From positions 1 to 47,651 of the forward strand of contig JBHLLO010000005.1 in the NCBI GenBank assembly GCA_048885535.1: a stretch of 47,651 nucleotides of DNA, written 5' to 3'. The notes under the pieces are model-generated. The model saw only the letters and a program-made list of their open reading frames with translations, was not told where the DNA came from and did no database searches. Position numbers and translations under genes: made by a program. Position 1 is the first letter of the stretch. Every line of letters starts with the position of its first letter. The DNA is from Candidatus Hermodarchaeota archaeon (GTDB lineage Archaea; Asgardarchaeota; Lokiarchaeia; Sigyniarchaeales; SOKP01). Positions 28,504 through 39,200 of this stretch are shown piece by piece.

Positions 28504-31470
28504 TCAAAAGGTTTGTCTAAATATATCCATAACGGTTTGTCTACTTAAGCGTATGAGTATGATATACATACCAATAAATCCAACTAATATTGAAATTAAA
28601 TAAACTCGTAATAAAATATCAAATGGTATATCAAATATAATCGGCATTTCTGTTATTAATCCTAAGTTTGTTTCTAGCATATATGCACAAAAAGTTCCAA
28701 TAAGTGTTCCCATAGTTCCACTTGAAAGCATTAAAATCATACTCTCAATTAGAAATAACTTTCTAACATTTTTAACTTTCATGCCAAGTGATCTCAAAAT
28801 ACCTATTTCGAACTTCCTTTCAAGCATTACGGCATACATCGAGCTTATTAAACCAAAAATTGCTATTGCAATAGCAAACCAATTAATAATTTCCATTAAA
28901 GTACTCTGTCGTTCATACATATCGTTTAGAAATGTTATTTTTGAAACTGCATCATCAATAAAAAATTCCCTGTCCTCATAAGAAGATTGGATATCTTCCT
29001 TAGTTTGTGTTATAGTTTCCTCTGATTGATCTATTAAACTTAAAAATATTTTGTCTACTGTCATTTCTGATTCTCCAGGATTTTCTATATCCATCAAACG
29101 CATATAATTCTCTAAAGATACCATAACCCCTCCTCCTTCTGCCATTGAGACTGAGCTTCTAAAATTGAAAAAGCCGGGAATTCCCCCAGAGATTCCGCAA
29201 ACAGTAAAAAGTAAAGGATTCCTGACTTCGTCCATAGTTTCGTTTTCATAGAAGGAGATTAAAATCTTTTCACCTACATCGTTTATTCCTAGCACAGATG
29301 CGAGTGCTCCTGAAATGATACAGGTGTCATTATGACTAAAAAGTTGATTATAGGAAGATTCTAAACCGCTTCCAGGACTATTCCAAATGATTAGGTCTTT
29401 ATCTATTAAATTAATAAAATTTTCTTCTATTCCAATAAATCCTGCTTCAAATATTTCAAATTCAACGAGATCTGAAGCCATAACCTTATATTTTCTTTCT
29501 GCTTGTTCCCTGTAAAACTCAAATATATTAAGAAATGCTTCACTGATTGATTCTTCATCGAAAAAACCACCACCTTCACTAAAATCATAGATTAAGGACA
29601 AAGCAGATGTTATGTCAAACATATTAAATAAAGTTATGGCAACATCATCAATACCTTGGAATTCCTTAATTTCCTCTGCCATTTCTAATGTAATAGCATT
29701 AGGCTCTCCTTCTAACCCTTGATTTATTAAAACTAAGTCTGAACCATATTGAAATTGTAAGTTTAAGGACATATTCTCAGATTCCATTTCAGTTACACTT
29801 GTTATAAAAAAAATAAATGAAAAACTAATTGCAAACATAACTATAGTGCTAGTATTACGTCTTCTATTGCGCTTTAAGGAAATATTGATAATATTAGCAT
29901 ATTTTCGTATTGCTGGTTTAATTATACCAAGAAAAATTTGTTGAATTAAGGGTACAATACCTACAGAGGCGAAAACTAAACCGATCAGTATAGCACATAG
30001 TAAACCTATGAATAAACCAGCGATTAACATGAATTCACCGGTAACAAAAATGTTTGGCAAAAGAATGAAAACTACCATTCCAATTGTAGCTATTGAGATT
30101 CCAATAAGAAAACTTTTGACATTCATACTCCCTTCCTTTTTAACTTCCCAACCTTCTTCTTTTGCTCGAAATGGAGTAATAGATTTTATCAAATTTATTT
30201 TAGCAGTTTTAAAAGCAGGTAATAATGCAACAACCGCAGCACCTCCTGCACCTATAAGGAAAGCAAGAAGAATTGTTTGAGGTTGAATGACATACTCTAC
30301 ATTTTGAAATCGAAAGCCTGTCATCTCAAACAAAAAATTTACTACTGGCGGAGTTAACAATAATCCAATTATTATTCCCAGAATTGATCCAATTGTTCCA
30401 ATTAAAATGCCTTCAAATAATACAACTTTGATAGGAAAAGTCTTTTTACCACCAACTACCCTTAGGATTCCATATTCTCTAACTCTTTCCTCTGTTGAGG
30501 TGGATAGTATTGAATTTATCAATATTCCTGTTATAAGCATTCCAATAATCGTAATGAACCAAAAAATTACTGTCATTGCAATTAACATGAATTCTTGAGC
30601 GCCAATCTCTTCCAATTTTGGCATTGAAACAGAAAATTCATTAATATCTAATCTTAATTGAATTTTTGTTCCAATTTCTCTTAATTTATTTTGTGTTGCT
30701 GCTACGTCTCGAATGTCATATATGGATTCGGGGTTCAATAGAGTTCCATAAATAAAGTTAATTTCATTTTGTCTGTTTAAAAAAGATTGTGCTTGTTCCA
30801 TGTTAACCAAAATCAATGAATTTTCAAATTCTGAAAATTTAAGTTCTTGCTTACAAATTGCTACAATTTCTAAATCAATATTATTTTGAATATATTCTAA
30901 ATGTATGAAATCACCAACGGTCACATTCATTAATTCGGCAACCTTCCATAATATTACACATTGTCCCACTTCTGGTTCATTTAGATAAAGATTTCCAGTT
31001 TCCAAACCATTTTGATCAACAATTGGTAAATCTCCCATATTTCCATTACTTGCCTCATTAAGAAAATCTAAGCCATACATCTCTAAAGTTGCATTTGTAT
31101 TAGTGTTATTTGATGATACTCTAGCAAACATCATTATCCTTGGGAAGAATTCTTGAACACCTTCAATATTTTGTAGGTTGTTTTCTATGAGATTTTCATC
31201 AAAAAAAGGATCATAACTGATATCAGATTGTACCCTTTTAGAAATCATAATGTCGGCATTTCCAGTGCTGCTTGTTATTATCTCCATATAATTATATGAC
31301 ATAGTATCATTAACCATACCTATCGCTGTTAGTAGGACAATCGATATCATAATTCCTAAAATTGCGAAGAGTGCTTTGGCACGATCTCTCTTTAAACTTA
31401 GCCAAGTATGTTTCATGAAACGTAGATTAACTCTACTTTTAATTTTGTATAAAATCCTTTTTAATCCCAA
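28504..31470 (-). CDS. FtsX/MacB-type ABC permease (tandem-duplicated, two large extracellular domains)
   Basis: ERVREYGILRVVG and ERKFEIGILRSLG coupling motifs; ~10 TM; two large loops. The start may be the internal Met (MKHTW). Confidence 0.92.
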   Translation of the reverse strand: MGLKRILYKIKSRVNLRFMKHTWLSLKRDRAKALFAILGIMISIVLLTAIGMVNDTMSYNYMEIITSSTGNADIMISKRVQSDISYDPFFDENLIENNLQNIEGVQEFFPRIMMFARVSSNNTNTNATLEMYGLDFLNEASNGNMGDLPIVDQNGLETGNLYLNEPEVGQCVILWKVAELMNVTVGDFIHLEYIQNNIDLEIVAICKQELKFSEFENSLILVNMEQAQSFLNRQNEINFIYGTLLNPESIYDIRDVAATQNKLREIGTKIQLRLDINEFSVSMPKLEEIGAQEFMLIAMTVIFWFITIIGMLITGILINSILSTSTEERVREYGILRVVGGKKTFPIKVVLFEGILIGTIGSILGIIIGLLLTPPVVNFLFEMTGFRFQNVEYVIQPQTILLAFLIGAGGAAVVALLPAFKTAKINLIKSITPFRAKEEGWEVKKEGSMNVKSFLIGISIATIGMVVFILLPNIFVTGEFMLIAGLFIGLLCAILIGLVFASVGIVPLIQQIFLGIIKPAIRKYANIINISLKRNRRRNTSTIVMFAISFSFIFFITSVTEMESENMSLNLQFQYGSDLVLINQGLEGEPNAITLEMAEEIKEFQGIDDVAITLFNMFDITSALSLIYDFSEGGGFFDEESISEAFLNIFEFYREQAERKYKVMASDLVEFEIFEAGFIGIEENFINLIDKDLIIWNSPGSGLESSYNQLFSHNDTCIISGALASVLGINDVGEKILISFYENETMDEVRNPLLFTVCGISGGIPGFFNFRSSVSMAEGGGVMVSLENYMRLMDIENPGESEMTVDKIFLSLIDQSEETITQTKEDIQSSYEDREFFIDDAVSKITFLNDMYERQSTLMEIINWFAIAIAIFGLISSMYAVMLERKFEIGILRSLGMKVKNVRKLFLIESMILMLSSGTMGTLIGTFCAYMLETNLGLITEMPIIFDIPFDILLRVYLISILVGFIGMYIILIRLSRQTVMDIFRQTF

Positions 31471-31487
31471 GAGATCACCAATTTCTA

Positions 31488-34400
31488 TTAATCTAAAATA
31501 CTAAATTTTTTTTTTTTACGATCAAATTTCCTTAATAATATACCTTCATTTGATAATATTCCTTTTATATCTTCAATTTCTCTCCTTACTAGCCTTACTT
31601 CTTTGCAGCCTTTGCTTTTACAAAAATAGTTCTCACCGGGTTCATCTTTAAAGTACCACTTATTACAATTCAAACAATTATAAGCAACATAAACTTGATC
31701 ATGTTCACAAACAGGACATATATAATCAAACTTTTTTGATTCAAACCATGATTTACAGTACTTACAATATAGTGTCAATGGAATTCTCTTTTCTAATTCA
31801 ATTTTTTTTATCATATCCTCCTTTTTAATTCCTTTTTCTCTAAAAAATTCTGCTTTCAAATTCTTTCTTTTCTGTTTCCAGGCTATAATTCTTCTCTTAG
31901 CTATTTTATATGAGATAAAACTAATAACAATCGTAGTTATAATAACTAATACCCATGGACCCCATGTTCTCCAATTAAAAAACCCATTTTGTATACTTAC
32001 ATATACTACAGACTCATCTTTATTACCCTCCTCATCATAAGCAATTATCATTATCTGATGTAATCCATCTGAGTAATAAGTGGTATCCCAATTGAAATGC
32101 AGAATTCCCGTATCTCTATCAAAGCTATATAATTGTCTTTCTACAAGGATTCCATTGATATAGATATAAACTCTTGAACTATCAATTCTATTATTATCAG
32201 ATATGTATGCTATTACAGAATATATTGAACTAATAGTTTCGTGGTCTAAAGGTTTAATGAGTTGGATAGATGGGTTTATAAAATCCGTATTTTCATCATA
32301 ACCTATATATATTTCTGATAATAACCATCCATATCCTAACCCTTCAGTAATATCATTAGATTTTAATCTAAACATAACCATAATAACCTCATCAGCGTAT
32401 TCTGAAATAACTAGTGACTCGTTTCCTGACAATATTTCACTATCATAGAAATACTTTTTTAATACTTTCCAATTTTCTCCATAATCTGTTGATATATAAA
32501 TAATACAGCTATCTAAGTTTTCTCGTGAAACTCCGTATTCATTTTGTAGAACTATTTCAAAATTAAATTGTAGATAGCTATTATATTCGCTTCTCAAATA
32601 AATTGGATATGTTATCAAATTAGCATTCCAATTTGGTCCATAACCTTGAGAAGCACTACCAAAACTATTTCCAATTCCGCTATAGATATGGAATTGATTA
32701 AGACGGTGAACTGGGTGCCACGAATTATCTCCACCAAACCAAGCAGTATTATCTTTTGGATTTGGTTCTCCATCAACATAATATTCTGCTAATGATTCGC
32801 TTGAGAATTTATATCCAATTAGCTTACCACTAAAATTCACATTAAATTGATTAGGGATGGGATTAATGAAATTAAAAAGTGTATTATCAGCATTGTACCA
32901 ATGACTAGTATTTATATATAACCCATCAGACGTATGAAATCTAAATGAAAGGTTATTCATATTCCCTAATAATAATGACTTTGTAAATCTAATACTTGAA
33001 TTTGCATTCCAATTTCCCACTAGATTGATCATTGAATAATTGGTTCCATCAATCTCAATATAAAAGAATTCGGGATAATTGTTATCTTTATCAAAATATC
33101 TACAAGAAATACTAAATTTTTCTAACTTGAAACCACTTAGTGAAGAAATGTCGTTATCAATATCGAATAGAATCATTGGAGCATATGAATTTGTGTAGTT
33201 AGTTAATTCAAAATAATCTAGTATAAAACCTTTGTAATTAATTGGATCAAAATTATTATCTAACAATGACAAAAATCGAAATTGGACAAAGTACCCTATA
33301 TAATCAGTTAAATTAAAGCTCTCAATATGCCACTCAGTTTCTTCATTAGTATAAATTCTTAAACTTATCCAATTCGTCCAGTTTAAACTAATCTGTAATA
33401 GTATGTAATCCCCTGAATTAATACTGGTCCTTAAACCAAATTTAGCAAATGGACTTGTGGTTTGATTATTTAATTGTGTAAGATCGAATAAAGGACTAAA
33501 TAGCGTTCCATTTGGATAAGGATGTGTAATTAGATATGGTTGGTAAGAGTAATTCGAGGGATTATTATGATATGTTCCAAAATACATTGAAGTCCAATTG
33601 TGTGAATATATTCCTGATCTATTATCATTATAATTATTTTGATATAATAATCTCCATCCAGTACCATTATAAATCCAATTGCCCAAACCATTATTAAAAC
33701 TATGATTGTATGGAAATTTTTCGCTGTCATCGGGATATTCTATTGAAATTGACAATTCGCCAACTTCTGGATACCTTACCTTATTTAAACCATCACTACC
33801 AACAAAAAAGTAATGATAGATAATAGGTTTTCTTAGATAAATATAATCACTCACAAATATGGCTCCATTTGTATAATTAAGATCAAATTCATTTAGTTGG
33901 GATAAGGTAAAATTCTTTGAAAGTTCAATGATACTTACATATACTTCTTGAGGAGGTACATTCAGGGAATCATTATCATAGTAATCAATATAGAATCGAT
34001 ATTGATCAATTGAATAATTTTTAGGGTGATAACTTCCTATATATTCCTGAAATCCCATTACAGTTGTATTTTTGAGTCCTCCATAATAGGCAATTTCAGG
34101 AACTTTTAATTGAGGTGGATAATTATTTCTAACTTCTGAAATTTTCAATGTTATATTTCCATATCCATTAGATGCTTTTATAACGATAATACATTCTGTT
34201 TGATTATTTTTGGGAGTGAAGAAAAATGAGTTCGGATTCCCATACCATTTTCTTGATGTTTGGAGAATTATTGGTTCCCCATTGTTTTTAGATTCATTTG
34301 AAAATAAGAATACATCGAAATTAGCAGTACTATCTACTTCTGTAATATTAAATACATATTGCCTATTAGGTACCAAAATGACTCTCCTGGCAAATGCATG

Positions 34401-36251
34401 TTTTCCAAGAGGATTTTCTTGTGAACTATATAAATAATTACTTTTAGAGGTGTTCACTTTAAGGTCTTTTGTTAAAGCATCAATAGCTACTTCAATATTA
34501 ATTCTTCCATAACCCTCATGATCATCTTTTATGCTACTTAGAGTTCCTGAAAAGGCTGTGGGGGAATATTGACTTTCATTAATAATCGTGGTAGGATCAT
34601 CTTCTCTTTGGATATTTGTATCGGTAGCTGTCATTAATAAGATGGATTTAATAATTTCTACTCTTTCTTGAATATCTTGATTTTCCCATTCATTCCAATT
34701 ACCCCATATGGCTTCAATTAAAATATTTGTTGCTGCAGATACTATTGCTGTAGAAATTGAAGTTCCAACCATTGATGTGGTTAAGTTAGATTTAGAATCT
34801 GCCCCAATAATCGTTCTATGATTAGACAGTTTACTACCACCTGGCGCTACAATATCTAGTTCTTTACCATTTCCACTATATGAAGTAATTTGATCTTTAT
34901 CATTTGTAGCTCCTACAATAATCGCCTTGTTTTTGAGAGCTAATTTACTTAAGGTGGATTCTGTACCTTTTACCCCCAAATTTCCCGCAGCAATAGTAAC
35001 AATAATCCCATTATTAATCACTTCATCAATAACCTTACTAATCGCACCAAAATCATCTCCATAGGTTCCAATGCTTAGACACGCACTTACAATATGATAA
35101 GTACTCCTATTTTGGATTAAACTTCCTAATGCTGAGATCAAATCAGAAGTGTATCCCAAACCGGTTTCATTTATTACCTTATAAGATAAAATGCTGGTAT
35201 TATTGGCAATACCAGTAAAGTGATTATTGTATTTCACATAAAATTCGGGGAAAAATGAGATTTTTGAATTAAAGGAAAATTCTGGAAATTTATTAGTTCG
35301 TCGATGGTACTTTATGTAAAAATCAAATTCGCCTAATCCAATTTCAGAGACGCGATATATAATTAGATTATTCTGAGTTGGTATAATATTCTCTGAAATA
35401 TTCACTAAGATATTATTATAGTGTAACTCAAACCAAAAACCATCAATCCCAGTTTTAGCTAAATTCCATGATGAATTGATAATAATTTTTGAATTTATCC
35501 TTGAGGTATTGAAGGATGCTACTTTTAACGTAAAATTTCCAGGGCTTGGATCATATCCAAATAATTCCGTATGAGCGTAATTCCCGAATACGTTTGTAGT
35601 GGATGGAGAGTTTGAATTGTAAGTATCTATTCCTGTTCCGGAAATAACAGAAGAAACAAAACTTCCATGACCGAATTCATCTACGAATGGACTCCCGCCC
35701 ACAAAACTTTCTCCAGCTAACACCTTGTTTCTTAAAAAGTCCTGATTGATATTTACACCACTATCTAAGATCGCTATTGAAGAATCTGTGTTTCCAGTAT
35801 ATCCGTTAATATACCAACTTGAATTCTTTGCTCCGGATTGAAAATTAGCATAATTTAATTGAGTTTCGATAATTTCATCATTTTCAATATTCATATTTGG
35901 AAATTCATTTCTGAATAGAGTTAAATTTGAAATAGGGATTATGCCTGCAAATCCAGATAAATCGCTAAATATATTATTCCAGTCATTTTTTTGCTTTAAT
36001 ATTCCACCATAATATTGAAATCTTGTTTTAACATTTTGATTGTAAGACGACTGATTAAAGAAAACTATAACATGAGTTATATTATTATTCGAAGTTTTAG
36101 GTTTTATTTCACTGAAATTTCTATCTAGAATATGTGATGAGGAGGGCACATCAAAATACAAATTAAGCAATCTGATATTTGAAATAACAAATAACATAAT
36201 AAAAACAACGTAAAATAGTTTTTTTTTCAGCTTTTTATCCACCTCCACCAT
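31488..36251 (-). CDS. Membrane-anchored S8 subtilase with beta-sandwich/Ig domains and a cytoplasmic double Zn-ribbon
   Basis: Signal/TM, prodomain, IAILDSG, GHGSFV, AAGN, DIVAPG, GTSIS, GYGRIN; C-terminal TM then CKYC, CPVC, CLNC, CKSKGC. Confidence 0.9.
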   Translation of the reverse strand: MVEVDKKLKKKLFYVVFIMLFVISNIRLLNLYFDVPSSSHILDRNFSEIKPKTSNNNITHVIVFFNQSSYNQNVKTRFQYYGGILKQKNDWNNIFSDLSGFAGIIPISNLTLFRNEFPNMNIENDEIIETQLNYANFQSGAKNSSWYINGYTGNTDSSIAILDSGVNINQDFLRNKVLAGESFVGGSPFVDEFGHGSFVSSVISGTGIDTYNSNSPSTTNVFGNYAHTELFGYDPSPGNFTLKVASFNTSRINSKIIINSSWNLAKTGIDGFWFELHYNNILVNISENIIPTQNNLIIYRVSEIGLGEFDFYIKYHRRTNKFPEFSFNSKISFFPEFYVKYNNHFTGIANNTSILSYKVINETGLGYTSDLISALGSLIQNRSTYHIVSACLSIGTYGDDFGAISKVIDEVINNGIIVTIAAGNLGVKGTESTLSKLALKNKAIIVGATNDKDQITSYSGNGKELDIVAPGGSKLSNHRTIIGADSKSNLTTSMVGTSISTAIVSAATNILIEAIWGNWNEWENQDIQERVEIIKSILLMTATDTNIQREDDPTTIINESQYSPTAFSGTLSSIKDDHEGYGRINIEVAIDALTKDLKVNTSKSNYLYSSQENPLGKHAFARRVILVPNRQYVFNITEVDSTANFDVFLFSNESKNNGEPIILQTSRKWYGNPNSFFFTPKNNQTECIIVIKASNGYGNITLKISEVRNNYPPQLKVPEIAYYGGLKNTTVMGFQEYIGSYHPKNYSIDQYRFYIDYYDNDSLNVPPQEVYVSIIELSKNFTLSQLNEFDLNYTNGAIFVSDYIYLRKPIIYHYFFVGSDGLNKVRYPEVGELSISIEYPDDSEKFPYNHSFNNGLGNWIYNGTGWRLLYQNNYNDNRSGIYSHNWTSMYFGTYHNNPSNYSYQPYLITHPYPNGTLFSPLFDLTQLNNQTTSPFAKFGLRTSINSGDYILLQISLNWTNWISLRIYTNEETEWHIESFNLTDYIGYFVQFRFLSLLDNNFDPINYKGFILDYFELTNYTNSYAPMILFDIDNDISSLSGFKLEKFSISCRYFDKDNNYPEFFYIEIDGTNYSMINLVGNWNANSSIRFTKSLLLGNMNNLSFRFHTSDGLYINTSHWYNADNTLFNFINPIPNQFNVNFSGKLIGYKFSSESLAEYYVDGEPNPKDNTAWFGGDNSWHPVHRLNQFHIYSGIGNSFGSASQGYGPNWNANLITYPIYLRSEYNSYLQFNFEIVLQNEYGVSRENLDSCIIYISTDYGENWKVLKKYFYDSEILSGNESLVISEYADEVIMVMFRLKSNDITEGLGYGWLLSEIYIGYDENTDFINPSIQLIKPLDHETISSIYSVIAYISDNNRIDSSRVYIYINGILVERQLYSFDRDTGILHFNWDTTYYSDGLHQIMIIAYDEEGNKDESVVYVSIQNGFFNWRTWGPWVLVIITTIVISFISYKIAKRRIIAWKQKRKNLKAEFFREKGIKKEDMIKKIELEKRIPLTLYCKYCKSWFESKKFDYICPVCEHDQVYVAYNCLNCNKWYFKDEPGENYFCKSKGCKEVRLVRREIEDIKGILSNEGILLRKFDRKKKKFSILD

Positions 36252-39200
36252 TTTCCTCTTTAGCTAGTCTGTCTATCTCCTCTTTCAAGGTATTTTTAAT
36301 TTTGAGGATTGTATCTCTTGGACCACTTCTAAAGAGCGACATCTCATTTCTCTGTAATTCGTATTTCCTTGATTTATAAGTATAGTTACGCCATAGAAGA
36401 ATGATTAAAATAGTTAAAGCGGCTAATGAAGGAATTAGAACAAAACAAATCTGGATCATTTTAGGAATTATTATTTTTACATCAATTTCATTGGATCTGT
36501 CTTTTACCTTCAATAAAAAATAGTATTCCACACTTGCTGGTTTTAATGTAATAATAGATTGGGATTTAGCTCTAATTTTGTACGACATATATATTGTTTC
36601 ATTAGCCTTAATACAATCAATTTTTTTAATTAGACTTCCTTCAATGAGTTCAAAATAAATTTGGTTAAAGCTTATTATATCATATAAAGTAATATTTTTA
36701 ATACAAATATTGCCCACATTTCTAACAGTTAATTCTACATTAACTATATCACCGATCTCAATTTGACTTCCACTTATAGATTTATAGATAAATAGTGAAA
36801 TGTTTCCAAGAACAATTGGGGTTGATGATGCAATTTGAAAAACCCTACTTTCATCATTGTCGATGAAATTAATAGAAGGATAATAGTAAGCTTTCCAATC
36901 TTTTTTCTTTAAGAGAAAATTGAGCGTTTTTTCGGCAGTAAAATTAATACTGTTAAATGATAAAAGTGTAGTAGGATTTTTATAAACTAAGTCTCCAAAT
37001 TGATCTCCTAAAGTTAGATTAACTTCTGATATAGGGAACTCTTGTATGCCTACATTTTTCATACTTATTGAAATATTAAATAAGTCTCCAATTAAAGGAC
37101 TTAAATTTAATGAATTATAAGAAAGTTGTAATAAATGCACAAATGGAAAATAATTAATATAGTCTATAAAAGCAAATAGATTTACTTCATTTGGTATTGA
37201 ACTTAATTTGCTACTATTTAGATTATTAATAAAAGCGGGATTCCTATAATTTATTATTGAATTAAAGATAGACTCAGAATTAGGAGTATAAAATTTAAAA
37301 CTAACTTCCTTTTCTTCAAATGGCGCAAGTTTAGGTAAGAAATAGTTCAAATGATCATCTTTTATTGTAAAATTCTGACGATCACTTATAATCCCTGGTA
37401 TCAAGATTGAAATATTAATATCATAGGCGACTGCGGTACCAATATTTTTAAAATGCAGAATATAAGTATTTATTTCTCCTACTTGAGAGCTGAGATTACT
37501 CAAATATGAAAATGCTATAATAGAACTCATATTATTAGTACTGAGAGAAATAGAATTAGATCTATGAATATATTGAATATTCCCTGTCTTAGATGAATAC
37601 ATAATTCTAGAACTTGAACTTTTATATTCATTAATATCACGATAAGAGAAAATAGCATCAAAATCATTAATAGAAATATTAAAAGCAGTCGAATCCATCC
37701 CTTTAATACGTATAATAATTGTATAATTATTTAGATCATAAGGGTCAAAAATCCAATTTAAACTCCTGTTTACATTAGTAAAGGAAAAAATGGATGTGCT
37801 ATTTTCTCTTGAGATTAAGTTAGGACTCATATCCATATACTCCTCAACAGAAAAATCAAAAATTTCGAAATCTATGATGTTCAATGGTGGTGTATAATTA
37901 ATGGTAATAGAAACACTATCTAAAGTGTTGTTTATCAGATCTATAGAAGTTTGATTTTTTAAAATAAATACAAGTTCTAATTCATGTTGATTTATATACT
38001 TTTCTTCAGATTCAATTACCCAACTTTCTTTATCATTGGATAATGCCATGTAGGGATTAGTATCGTTAACAGAAATCCCAGAGATTACAATAGGTAGCTT
38101 AGGAGATGTCTCCTTGATAGTAAAATTGAATCTATAAAATTCAGTATACGAATCAAAAGATTCTATAGAAAGATTTGAATAAATATAAGAAATTTTCTCA
38201 CCAGCCTTCAACCTCCAGTTTTCTTTATTCCATATACTATTTTCATTAGTAAACAGATCCTTTACTTCATCAGGATCAAGAATAGCTAGATAGATTGGAT
38301 AAGTGTTAAAGAATATATCCAAGATATAATCAGCATCACTATTGTATGGCCAAAGATTAGAAATATTATTTACGTTGGGATAATAAGTATCAATTAAACC
38401 CAGTCCTAGCGAATCAAAATAAAATATACGAGGGTCTTCATCAAAATTAAAAAAATCTTCTAAAGAAGTGTATTGATTGGGGTATTCAATTCTTACAATT
38501 TCCCACATATCATCTATAATATCATCACTTAATGGACCAGCGAGAATTGAAAAAATATCTTCAAGACTTAAAGGAAATGATGTCTTTACGCCCCATACAG
38601 ACTGATTACCTACATTTTTAGCGGTAATATTGAAAGAAAAATCTTTAAATACGCCGAATGAAGCATTATCGTTTACTAATTCTTTTTTAATCAAAATATT
38701 CGACTCAGACGTATTTGTCAGATACGTAATTCTAAAATCTTCAATGGGGTTAAAAATACCTGTTGGAATTCCTGGAAGTCCCTGAAACCCTAATAGTGGT
38801 AAAAAATTAATGAAATCTGTAGCATCATTTAAATTAACTGGTTTAATATAGCTCTGTTTAATTCCACCTCTGTCGATCCAGAAAAATTCGAAAGAATAAT
38901 CTCTTACTGTATCCATATCAAAATCAATGCCAGAATAAAATAATAGTAGTTCAATCTGTTCCAGTAAAAATTCGTATAAATTAAAGTATTTTGGTGTTAC
39001 ATCAATGATGTCAGTGCATAGTATATTAATGTCTACTTCACTCATAAAAGCCCCTATTAACGCAATAAAAATCTTTTCACTTGGTCGCAATGAATCACCA
39101 GTATAATTTAAGGCATTCCATAAGTCAAATTCATATTGGTTTTTTCCAATCCTATTAATAGCTCCTTCCATACCTTCATATTGTATCATTAAACTAGTAT

